A DNA stretch of 64,000 nucleotides from Acanthaster planci. Its lineage: Eukaryota. Numbering within the stretch: position 1 is the first letter of the stretch; every line of letters begins with the position of its first letter. The translations under genes and the position numbers were made by a program. The DNA is taken from assembly GCF_001949145.1 (NCBI RefSeq), contig NW_019091356.1, forward strand, positions 186,001-250,000. The letters run 5' to 3'. This document shows positions 48,901-61,641 of this stretch, piece by piece. Under the pieces are notes generated by a model. It saw nothing but the letters and a program-made list of their open reading frames with translations. It did no database searches and was not told where the DNA came from.

Positions 48901-51900
48901 ATGCATAACAACATTGACCAAACATTGAAGTCCTACTGGGTCAGGTTATTCCAACCTCCAAATTCTTCACCCCAGGCTGATGTTTTCTTGCCAGGTCAGC
49001 AAGGTGGAACAATTCTACACTGCAGTTTAGCGATATCAGGTTCATTGCTGCTTCTGGGTAGTATGCCAAAATTTCAGCCCTCCGAGCTGGACTCTTTTCT
49101 GAGAGTATTTTTGTCATTTGTTTACAACCTGCCTCTTTAACGGGAATGACACATTCTTTGATTCTATTTAATCTATAACCAGAACAAAATTCTCTTAAAG
49201 TTGATAATCTGTATACAAGATTAAAATCAAACTCAATAAAATTAACACTGAAGAATATTTGGATAAAGATACATACATACATGTACAGTGTACGCGTATA
49301 CGTACAGTGCAAGTGTCCTACTGTATTTACAATAGAGCGGTGACAAGACACAATCATGCTTCATTTGAGAAATGTATGTACATGTACATGATGTATGTAT
49401 TACAGCCAACTTTTGAGTACACTGGTACATGAGATATCCAAAAAAGTAATTTTACAAGCCTGTATTGTGTCACTGCACTTCTCAAAAACAAATTCTATAC
49501 AGTTTACCAGAGAGTCTGTGAGTTTACATCTTGGAGTGTACATGGGGTCATATTTTTCTGAATTTAAATTGACCTCAGCAACTGCTTCCATACATCTGCA
49601 CTTAAGTGCAGTTTGACCCTGTAAGTCCAAATTAAATTTTCCCCTTGCCCTGGTAGACATATTCCAATATTTTACTCATGGAATCATTTCAAGTTATACA
49701 ATAAATTAGTTCAGTGACAGCGGTTATTCTCCAGGGATATGGTACCCCTACAGTACCTTGACATGGTAAATACAAAACCAGATGGATGGACCATGTTACC
49801 TTGGAAGATTAGAAAAGAAAGCTGATTTAGCACTTTTTGGTTCACAAATACTTTGGCCTTTACAGTAGGTTTTGGACTGTAACTAAGCCTTACAAGTTTC
49901 AGTTCAAAGATGACATTCATACAAATTGAACAAAAATTAGGTATAATATTTCTGTTATTGAATATCTGGATAAAATATGTATTCTTAGAATGAAACAGTA
50001 TATGATGTGACTGTATGCGATTGAGAACTTGAGAATGGTTTCTTCATTCCTACATGTACATGTACACATGTAATGACAACATGGACGGACAACCAAAGTT
50101 CAGTCTACAAATATGTATTTCTACATCACTGAAATTTAATTTAACTTTTTAACTTGGATGGCGAAATGTTCACGAATAAGCACTGACTTTTTGAATGTAA
50201 TTTTTTGCACAGTGTGTGATGTCATGGCATCTTTTATTAGGTGTGCAGTCACAGTCTGGTAAAATTAGGGTTGGATGCTTCAGAATAATGACCCACTATG
50301 GTAAAAAGAAAGACTAGCCACTTGGGTATGAGACACAGGACAAGAAAGTAAAAATCCTGACTAGAAGGCATCAATAGAAAGAATAGGCAAACTGCACGAC
50401 AGAAGAATAGCAAGCTGGAGAGTATTGGGTTTCTTCATTTTATCCAAGCTCTTGACGCACACCATTCTTCTCCAAAAAAGCGCAGCAGCACGAAAACATA
50501 ATTGATCGAGTATCGGAAAACGTAGAAGATACATCTTCGGCCAAACAGGAAGAACCCTCAGCTATCCAAACAAAAGTCCCCAACCAGCAGGAGAGCTCAG
50601 CCACTTTGCAGGCTCCCTACATTGATTTTATGCAAATTTATCATGCATTTTGAAGAATTTATTTTATTTACTGGCCACTTTGCGCAAGTGGTGTGAATAC
50701 TAAGGAAATTAATGGATATTGTGCTTATGCATGGTACAGTTTGCATGCATGCAAGCCATTCCATTAATTTACAATCACTTACTGGCAGAGATAAAAATCT
50801 AGCCACAATTACCAAAATCACTAGGACCACTGTATGTTGTGCAGATGTCCCGCTGTAAATTTATCAAGACTTCAGAAGTACGCAGAACTTGAAACATGAA
50901 ATTGTAGAATTAGAATTCTTAAACACAGACAAATTTTCAAAGGTACTATCTACCGGTACATGTACCAGAGCATTACAGACAGATGAATCAAACATTCTTC
51001 ATTCAGCTGTGATGTGTCAACAATGATTCTTCTGTTGAACTCAAATGAAAGGGTTCAAATGAAACGGTTCATATGAATGATTTTTTCCTAATACATGTAT
51101 CTGTCAACACGTATTTTAATTTCAAAATATTTGCTTACAACTCTGTAATACACATATTTCTACATATCAGGTTTTAAAAATGTCTTATCAGATATTCCAC
51201 ACTATTCATTCACGTCATATTACATTATAAGCAAGTAGACATGAACCAGTACATGTACAACAAAAACACCTGTATTACAGGAGGTCAACTCATTCACCTC
51301 CTCTGGCTCTCCCCTCCCCCTCCAGGTGATATTCACTCTCCACACCCCTCCAAGTGATATGGAAGAGGCAGTGATTCACCCCAATACTACTTGAATGATC
51401 GGTTCTCTTCAACTTGAAGTGTTCATTACACTTCTTCCTATCCTTATGCTGAAATGCACAGCAACTGTGCATAATTCTCTACAGCACATTTGTACACTCA
51501 ATGCTAGTTCCTACAATATTTTTATTCCCAATGAATTTCAGAGCACTGAACTTCACTACATTTTTACCAAAGTGCCAAAAAGATGGTTTTTATTTTTTAC
51601 TGATAAAGTACATGTACATGCTTAAAATATTGTTTAATAATGAATGTTATGATAGAGCATAATGAATTCTTTGATATCTTTAACCCACTGCATACTGTAC
51701 ATGTATGTCTGATTTCAAATGTTAATATGGCCACAGAAATGTGCACACCCAATGTATACATCCATACAGGTGTGTACTAGCTCAGTGTTCACAAGAGTAT
51801 GCTTCACTGGTTGAAACCTACGTGTACTACATGTACATGTACAGTAAATGAAGTATTTTTACTGTATGTATACATGCATATTACTGTAAAAGGCAATTTT

Positions 51901-54900
51901 CTACAAAGTGATGACAAAAGATAAATTCCATTCAAGGCAAACAATGCTATCAACATCTACCAAAGCAAATTGAAGTGATGCTGTAAAAATCAATAATCCA
52001 TAGATGACCAATAAAAGTTGGGATTTTTTTTTTAGATGAGTTGTAGTGTACTGCTGATCTTCAAACACAATATTGACACATGCAGCTACAATACGACTGC
52101 GAAATAAGAGAGGTTTTGAAAGTATACGTGTACATTGTACTACTACCGGTACCAGCAAGTGTAACACAGCCATCATGCAATTCATACTAGTACTCAATTC
52201 CAATCAATTAAGAAAACTTAATCAGGCCTGGATATGCATACACATGTACATACATGTACGTCATATACATATGCATGAACCATACATGTACATGTTCATT
52301 ATATAACACAGCGCAGACGTTTATGAATGGTATCTGTAACTGGCTGATTGCACAGCAAGTTTCACACTGTACATGTACAGGGGGGGTTCAGCAAAATGGA
52401 GAACCTTCTGTGCTGACTACGATGCTGAATTATTACATGAGAATCTGTCCAATAAACAAGTTCCAGTCCAACCCTGGTCCCAAGAATTTTTGCACGAAAT
52501 CTTTCTTAAAAATTAGGAATGTACATCAAGTATTGATAAGACATGAGCTGGGGTCCAACAGCATGTGTGGCATGTACATGTACTTTTATAAACAGAAAGG
52601 TACATGTGCATGTATGGCAACAGAACTCCATTCCCACAAAACCTGTGTACATGTATGTAAGTGTTAACTGGATATTCAAATATGTTTACTTACTGCAAGT
52701 CATCAATTCATTGAAACAAAGTCCCAACAAATAAATCAGTTCCTGGATTTTGGAACACCTGTTAATTTAATCCCATCCTTGATGCTTTCTTGATGAAAAC
52801 ACAGCATTTTAAAGGATGCTCAGAGTTTTTTCACTTGCTCAATTCTCCCTTAAAAATTAATTTGTTGGATTTCAACTACCAGCCAAGGGCTCCTTTTGCT
52901 TGGACATGTTTCTGCATCAATCCTTCACGTAAAGGCCTAAGTGAAGTGCACCCAGTTAGCTTTGTAATGAATATAGCCGTGCAAAAACTGTCGTCCTAGC
53001 TCTTGCGTGTTAAGCGAATTAATCCTAAACACACCCGTAGGTCTGCCCAGGTCCAGACTCTGACTTTAATCAAGCATACTCCCAAAGAGCTAATGAAATA
53101 AGTATGGATTATGGGGAAATAGGAAGATTATACTATGAGCTCCATCAGTTTACTGGAGAGGGTTGGAATATACATTTTGGTTGAATGCTCTGCACTTTTA
53201 CAACATTTCGTGAGTGTAAATTTATGCAGATGATCAGATTTGAATTGATTATACAACCAACCAAAGTTTTAAGTTTTCAGATGTACAAGCATAGGAATTT
53301 TCTTTGTGAATGTACCATACCGTTACATGTACATGTATATACATGTATGATGTACGTATCAAACCAGTATTCCACACTTCAAACACAATGCCATAATCAT
53401 TTTTATGACAAAGTATAAACCGTTACAATGTATGTTAGATTCATATTCCACACATGCCCACAAACTCATGTCAACGGGAAAACACTAATTGTATCCACAA
53501 TCTTGCATCAGTGCACCAATCATTGTACCTACATGTATAACAAAACATGTAAATACAGCACCAAGTACATGTACATGTATATATGTAGCCAGAATTCACT
53601 GCATCCAAGTTTTTCATCCAAGGAAGACAAGACAAAGGGTACAAAATGCATTACCAATTTGAACAAACCATCCAACTGCCATTTCATCTGAATGCACATT
53701 TACATGTAGTACATTTATGTGTTATTGTAGCTCTGGGTCAACACAGTACTAATCCATTAAAATGACACAGAACAATGCAATATGTACCGGTAACTCTCAT
53801 ACAATTTCATTAACACCATGGCCACCACAGAGACAAATTATACACCTCGTGTTTTTCTCTCCTTGTCTTTTATTAAACCAAGGAAGCAGAGATTGCATTG
53901 CATTGGTAATCAATACAGGACATCACTTCTCTCCTAGAGGGTGTGTGAGCCAACAACAAAGGATAAAGAAGGCAGCGTTGTGTGGCTAATTCATGGTACA
54001 TGTGGCACCACAGAGGAATTTATCGCATGAATAGCTAGCACATACAACTACAAACAATATGAACTTGAACTAAGATAAATAGGCAAATAACATCTACAAA
54101 ACCATTTTCAGTTGGTCAATTATAGCATAAAACAACAACTACCACTGAGCACTGGTACAACATCCTTTACAAGTCACAATTTGTGGGTAACCAAACACAA
54201 AAGTAAGCAGACAAAAACAACATCTGTATACCCAGCACTTCCAAAATGTGGCAAAGTATTTGCACATACATACACTTTCACTGGCGCCTTATCCCATGTC
54301 TGAAAGATTCTCAAATCATTTTTATTGAACACATTTTCCAATATGTCTCATGGATACTAATTTACACATTTTGTGAACGACAAGAGACAAGCATGAACAA
54401 GTTCATCTGCATGTCAATAGCAGTCTGCGTACAACCATTCACTCCTTCAAATGAATCTGTAAAGATTCAATGAATTCATGATAACAATGTCATGTACATG
54501 CCGATACCGGTATGAATCTCTTTCCAAGAAATGATTCTTCAGGTTTTCCTGCCTCCAGATTTTTGTCTCATCAGCCCGGTGGACAGAAAAGGAATGTGAG
54601 CAAACATTAAATGACCGCTTTGATTAATTAGTTCATCAGTTTATTAATTCCAATGAGAAATAATGTACTGTGAGATTTTGTAGAAACTTCCAATACCCTC
54701 TGTTATGAACCAACAAAGAATTCTTTGTGTAAATTGGAAAACAACCAATCCAAGCCAGCTACATGTACATTATCTTGACTGTAAAATATCCTGATGATTG
54801 GAGTGTCTGGTATTAATGCAAAGGTTTCAGTTTTCATGGATGCAAGTAAAGAGCAGATGTTGACATTAAAAACTTCACCATTAGTGTACTGCCTCCCCTT

Positions 54901-55770
54901 CCTCACTCGAACTAAAAATATTTCAAGTTACATTCATGTACCGGTGCTACCCGTACTGCTGAATGCACATTTGTATCTTAACTTTGGCAGGGGACTGGAA
55001 AATTGTCCTAGGAAAATAGAAACCTGGGTCAAATTGCAGAAAACCTAGAAGGCTTTATTGAATAAAGCTCCTGATGTTGCCACACTGGTCAATCAAGAAA
55101 ACCTAGAGGACAGCATCTAAATTGGAGAGCTGTAATATGTAGTCAGTTCATTATCACCGAACTTGTGCAGCTATTGTTCCTTGTAGGATTGGTTATTACG
55201 GTGCAATCAGCCCTTGGCAATTTCCTGTTTGACAGACACACACACATTCCTTGAAAACCCCAGCAGGTTAATTATGATTCGTTGACGTCTGATGTCTTGT
55301 CATTCCCTAAAGCAGGAGCCAAGACTTCTACTTACGTATGGTTTACATAAACAAATACATGAAAAATACTGAGTAAATGGACAACATGCTCTTAACACCA
55401 CAATCATGATATCTGAAATCCTCCAATATGTAATTACTATATAAATCAAAATGTCTAGCTAACCTAACTCGGGTGCATGTAATCTCACAGAATCAGAAAT
55501 AAAACTGCAAGTTGAACATAGCTGAACATACATGTACAGTACCGGTATGTAAGAGTGATAACTTTGTGGGTTTTTTAAGCACGTATCTCACATTAGCCAG
55601 AGAAAGAGGGGAATCTTCATTTGGGTTCAGTTTCTATTCTACATGTACACAGCATTTCCTGAAAGCAGGAAAAGTGACTGACAGACCACTTGAGCATCAC
55701 ACCAACCATAAATTCAGAGCCAAGCAAAATGCATGTGGATAAAATGAAGAAATACTACAATCTGTTCACG

Positions 55771-55881
55771 CACAGATTCTCAGACCTACACAGCCTCACA
55801 GATTCCCAGACTTACACAGCCTCACAGGTTCCCAGACCTACACAGCCTCACAGATTCCCAGACCTACACAGCCTCACAGAA
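55771..55881. repeat. Minisatellite, 26-bp unit, ~4.2 copies
   Basis: CACAGATTCCCAGACCTACACAGCCT repeated. Confidence 0.95.
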
Positions 55882-56834
55882 TCAATACCATAGATTAATT
55901 TGCAAAATCAATGTGAGCTATGCAATGTGCCGGAAAAATATAATTATGAATGCACACATCAGCATCTGGTGTGGCATGAGTCTCTGGAAGCTACTGTACG
56001 TTCTAAATGGAATCCTAAGGTACCGCGATAAGAAAGATGGAATGTTGTTGATTTTTGTGAGTTTCATTTTTGGTTTTGATTTCTTACATGGCACAAGGTG
56101 TGTAATATGATATTATCTACCAGTACATGTACAACTTACATGTAAGTTTACTGAATTTCCGTGTGTAACCTGTACATGAAGATGCACAGTAAAAAAACAC
56201 TATGAACATGTACACAAAACCAGTTTGGCTGAAACAGTATGCGATTCAAGGAAACAAGATCTTGCCAAGGAAGTCAAACAAAAACAGCCCTTTGCACATG
56301 AGAAGCATTCCACTAAGATTAAAATATCATCACGCCTACTGGAACTTGTACATGTAATTGATACACACCAGCATTTCAATAGGAAATGTTTTACTTTTAG
56401 TGTTGTATGGAAGGAAAAAATGGAAGATTCTGCTATGAACTCATCCCAAACTGAACTCCATTGTGATCAAAAACGGATGATAATTACTGCACTAGTTTAA
56501 GATAGGCTTATACACAGACCGGCAGAAGGGAATTTTAAATGAATAATGTTAATGGCTTTATTACATTGAGGAGATACATGGATAACATTAGAGAATTTGA
56601 TACACTTGTATAGAAGAGGGCAGCAGAAGACAGATTTATAAGGGAATCCTCCACCAGCAGTGGTGCTGGGAAGAAATAGGTCAGGGAGAAAGAGAACCTA
56701 CATGTACATGAATATATGACTTCCATAGAAACCTTTTTCTCAAGTGACTCTGACATACATCATGGGAATTCTGTGTAAATCTCTCCGAAGCAATGAATTT
56801 GGTCTCTTGCAAATGCTCCTTGAAGGATTACAAC

Positions 56835-57539
56835 NNNNNNNNNNNNNNNNNNNNNNNNNNNNNNNNNNNNNNNNNNNNNNNNNNNNNNNNNNNNNNNNNN
56901 NNNNNNNNNNNNNNNNNNNNNNNNNNNNNNNNNNNNNNNNNNNNNNNNNNNNNNNNNNNNNNNNNNNNNNNNNNNNNNNNNNNNNNNNNNNNNNNNNNNN
57001 NNNNNNNNNNNNNNNNNNNNNNNNNNNNNNNNNNNNNNNNNNNNNNNNNNNNNNNNNNNNNNNNNNNNNNNNNNNNNNNNNNNNNNNNNNNNNNNNNNNN
57101 NNNNNNNNNNNNNNNNNNNNNNNNNNNNNNNNNNNNNNNNNNNNNNNNNNNNNNNNNNNNNNNNNNNNNNNNNNNNNNNNNNNNNNNNNNNNNNNNNNNN
57201 NNNNNNNNNNNNNNNNNNNNNNNNNNNNNNNNNNNNNNNNNNNNNNNNNNNNNNNNNNNNNNNNNNNNNNNNNNNNNNNNNNNNNNNNNNNNNNNNNNNN
57301 NNNNNNNNNNNNNNNNNNNNNNNNNNNNNNNNNNNNNNNNNNNNNNNNNNNNNNNNNNNNNNNNNNNNNNNNNNNNNNNNNNNNNNNNNNNNNNNNNNNN
57401 NNNNNNNNNNNNNNNNNNNNNNNNNNNNNNNNNNNNNNNNNNNNNNNNNNNNNNNNNNNNNNNNNNNNNNNNNNNNNNNNNNNNNNNNNNNNNNNNNNNN
57501 NNNNNNNNNNNNNNNNNNNNNNNNNNNNNNNNNNNNNNN
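56835..57539. other. Assembly gap (705 N)
   Basis: Run of N. Confidence 1.
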
Positions 57540-57639
57540 ACAATAGTGAATATACCTAGTGAAAATGCTCGGCTAAATACATGTAAGCTACAATAGTGAA
57601 TATACCTAGTGAAAATGCTCGGCTAAATACATGTAAGCT
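57540..57639. repeat. Tandem repeat, 50-bp unit, 2 identical copies abutting the gap
   Basis: ACAATAGTGAATATACCTAGTGAAAATGCTCGGCTAAATACATGTAAGCT x2. Confidence 0.95.
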
Positions 57640-58303
57640 CCCCTTCCTCCCTCCCCTTCCCAAAAATCCATTAGTTACAAATTCACAAAAAGCTAACAAG
57701 GGTGACTACTTTCTCCATTTATATGGAGGAAATGCTTCTTTGCAATTAATGTGAAATGACGCAAGCTGCAACATTCATTCTCCGATATGCACTGTACCCT
57801 GGCAACTGAGCTCCAGAGAATTGTTTGATGGGGCTAATGGCTCCCAACCATGTCCATGCTACTCTTTTCAGATGGCTTAATTAAAGCCTAATTTGCAAAG
57901 TAATTCAGGATTACTTTTATGTAAATTAACTCTAAGTAAAGTAGAACACAAAATGTACAATGTACGTGCGTGCCTGGCAGCATGTCTACTGTTGGAATAT
58001 ATGGACATATGTACATGTACTTTTAAATTCAATTACCATGCACATGTACACTGTGATTTAATAACACTTTTTCATTACCACCAAAATGTACGGACAGCTC
58101 AATACAAATGAGCTTGTATTGACTTGTATTATGGTGAAGACCATCACATGATTCCTCTTTGCTTTACCACTGCAAATCTCTATTGATTTGAAATGTCTGC
58201 TACGAATTTTGGACAAGTAGTGATACCAGTACCAGAAATTAGCATGAGGCTACTCATCATCCATGTTGAATCAACCAAAATGGCACAGGAGGTAGAGTAC
58301 ACT

Positions 58304-58545
58304 GTACATGTAGGAATTCCATGGTACATGAACATGTACATGTAGGAATTCCATGGTACACGTACATGTAGGAATTCCATGGTACATGTACATGTAGGAA
58401 TTCCATGGTATACATGTATGTGCATGTAGGAATTCCATGGTACATGTACATGTAAGAATTCCATGGTACATGTGCATGTAGGAATTCCTTGGTAATGGTA
58501 CACGTAAGAATTGGATGGTATATGTAGGAATTTCATGGTACGTGA
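58304..58545. repeat. Palindrome-rich minisatellite, 26-32-bp unit, ~9 copies
   Basis: TACATGTAGGAATTCCATGGTACATG repeated with variable numbers of CATGTA hexamers. Confidence 0.92.
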
Positions 58546-61294
58546 ACCGGGTACATGTAATTGTATTTTACACTGGTGCAAATTTCCAGGGCCAGAAAAT
58601 TTATTTGGATGCAGATGCTTCATTGTAACAGCTGCTTCGATATATTTTTCAATTTGCATTTTTTTTTGCACAGTCACTTCTGATTATTTTTCTCTTTTAT
58701 TTCGTGTGCAACCAGCAGTCAATAAGCCATTTTTTAAAATCCAATGCAATAGTTAAATGCATAATGCTCAAAGTAAAAGAATGTGACATTCCAAGCTTGC
58801 TAAGAAATACTAAACTATAACTGAATTGCAACAACCATCAAAGCCATAGTACATGTAACTACATGTGCACCAAGAACAGGACTGCTGTAATAACCTAAAC
58901 TCTTCATAAAGACAACCTCTTGAAACTCAATCCAACTATTTCAAAGCATTTTAGTGGCCACTCTATTTGTGGTCCCTCCTAGCAAAACACATTTGGTAGT
59001 CTTCATCATTCAAAGAATAAAGTACACAGCACAGAGTGCTTACGTTCAACTTCATCAAGACACATCTTAAAATCATCTCTAAGACCCCCGACCAATCTCT
59101 ACCCGGCACATCTCCCGCCAACCAAATCCCACTTAATACTCACAAGACGCTTATCATGAATTTCGAAAGCGGTCATAATTGGGTTTTCAAAACATCCCCT
59201 AGATCTCTCCTGAGGGAAAAGGTTTAACATCTTTGAAGCAAACTATCACTAGGGATTCGTATTCGGACATTGCCGTCATGCACCTTAGTACAGAAAGGCT
59301 ATTAAACTCAATATTCAGAGAGTTGTTTTTACTGGCCCCATCGGGCAGAAGTAATTAAGCTGGGCTAAAGAAAGATGATGAAAAAGCCATCAAGAAATTT
59401 TCAATGTCTTGTTTTACCACTGATTCTCTTACATTGGAGCAAAATCACAGGATTATTGACTGACATTTAATTGAGACTCCGAGACATGAATAAATAAGTT
59501 GGATGGAGACATGGACGAAGTAATTATTCAACAAGAGCTGCCTATTTCATTCACAAAAAGGGCATGCTTGAGTTCATTCCCAGCAGATTTGGAATACCTA
59601 ATGATCACTGCAGTGCTCAGTTTATTTTTTATTTTACTGGTGATATCTTCACGCACTGCTACAAGGAAGCTGTGAAGTCTTCACACCTAAAGCTTTAATA
59701 ACAAACAAAATAAAGGAGAATTTCACAGCATTTTTCCTGTATTCATTCAGTGACTCATGGTTTGATACGCTGTATGTACCATACATGTACATGAACCATA
59801 TTCACATAAGGCTTGCATTTATGACAATCAATCAAAGGATCGCTACATGTATGTAAGCCAACAATAGCTCTAGTAGAATTTCCCTGTAACTTCATCCAAC
59901 CTAACATTCAGCAATAAGTAATTGGCACATTTCTGGTACTAAATATGAATTTATCAAACTCTGTGTACAATGTCAATTATATTGCAGCTATAATGCCTTA
60001 CATTGTACATGTACATGTACATGTTTCTGAACTGTGGATGAATGTACTAAATCCTTCAAAATCACTTTAAAAGGTTTCATTAGAACTCAGGTATACACAT
60101 ACCTTTACAAATTGTTTTGCTTTATGTGAGAACTCGGTATGTCACGCACATGTGTACATGTACATGTAACATACAAAGTAACATGTACATGTACTAGTAC
60201 ATGTATGCCTATGTAGAAACAGACCTGCTACGGCATCCATGCACAAAATAGGCCTATACATTTGTAAGATCAATGAGGCTGCTGTGGAAGTGTACAGTAG
60301 TCATAAGAGGTCATACCCACAAGCAAGGTCACTTCCAGACTAATAGCATCTGACTCTTACAAAGACGAAAAGGAGTCGGCTGTTCAGTGCCCTGTGAAAG
60401 TTTTGTGCTTTTTATCATCTGTGACAATCTACAGGGGGAACTGGACACCAATCCTTTCAATGGCAAAGCAAAAATATATTGTATAATATAAACATGTACA
60501 TGTAAACTTGTACACTGACCGCATAATTATAAAGTACTTCACTCAGACCAAGGATAATTGCGCAAGACTGTTCACAGTTCAGACATACGTATGGATTCAA
60601 ATATTTCTAATATTTCTAATTGCTTAATATACATGTACATTTATAATGTAATGCATTGAGGTAAACTGCTCACAAACCCCAAGTTCCCTTTCCCTTCTTT
60701 TGTCGAAAAGACAACCATTGTTGAGCATGGGTACATGTAAGACTGTACGGGCACAGACTAATGCCCAGAGCTCAATCTTGTACCGGTACCATTGATCTCT
60801 TATTGATCTGTGGTACTCACAGAGACCAACAGGAACTTGACTTCACAATGAGTAGTTACTGGTAACCAGTGGGCATACCAGTTATGAATGCTTGGGTACA
60901 ATAGGAAGTGTTGAAGGAGGTGGACCAGTCATTGTTACTAATGATGACTTGGGGGAAAAATGGTTTCCAAAGATCCCCCAGGCAAGATGTAACATACTAC
61001 ATGTGCGAAAGGTTTTACACTCTGTGCATAAAAGCACATAGAGTACCACACATGTACATGTTGTATTGTGTATACACTGATAATACATGTACATTTTGTG
61101 TATTGTACAAATGTAGGTCATAAAGAAACAGCACATCGCCAGTAAGGCCAAAGACCATATGAGTGTGTACACACACGTACATGTACTCAAATAAAATCAC
61201 AAATATTTTTCTGTCAACACATATTATTACATACATGTGTAAATGAGTAGGACTACACATGTATACATGTACATGTACACTCAAACTTGTGAAG

Positions 61295-61641
61295 TGCTGT
61301 GGCCAGTGGTTAAAAGTATCAGATTCGCAGTCAGGGGCTAAAGCAGCAGGTTGCAGGTTCGAATCCAGTGCCTGGAGTCATGGTGTGTATGCCCTTTGGC
61401 AAGGCACTTTGTCACTCACTGCTTGCTTCTCCCCACCCAGGAGTAATTGGGTACCCTGTGAGGGCAAAGATGGTTTTTTGTGGTTGATTTTAGCCGCTTT
61501 GCACCAAAAATACTGGCTGCATCGAGCTGTATTATTCCCAGGGAGCTGAGATGGTACTTGGAATGTTTCATGGGCCCAATGTGCAGGAGTAATAAAAATT
61601 CTGGGTGGATATGTTGCTCATTATAATAGAACTTTATTATT
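61295..61641 (+). mobile_element. tRNA-derived SINE with conserved central core
   Basis: A-box TGGCCAGTGG, B-box GGTTCGAATCC, core GTGTATGCCCTTTGGCAAGGCACTT...CACCCAGGAGTAATTGGGTACC, (TTA)n-like tail. Confidence 0.8.

Noticed and set aside
56740..57596. Three 267-271-aa ORFs
   Set aside because: Artefacts of the N gap
61295..61375. tRNA gene
   Set aside because: A and B boxes are present but there is no clean cloverleaf, and the sequence continues into a SINE body and tail
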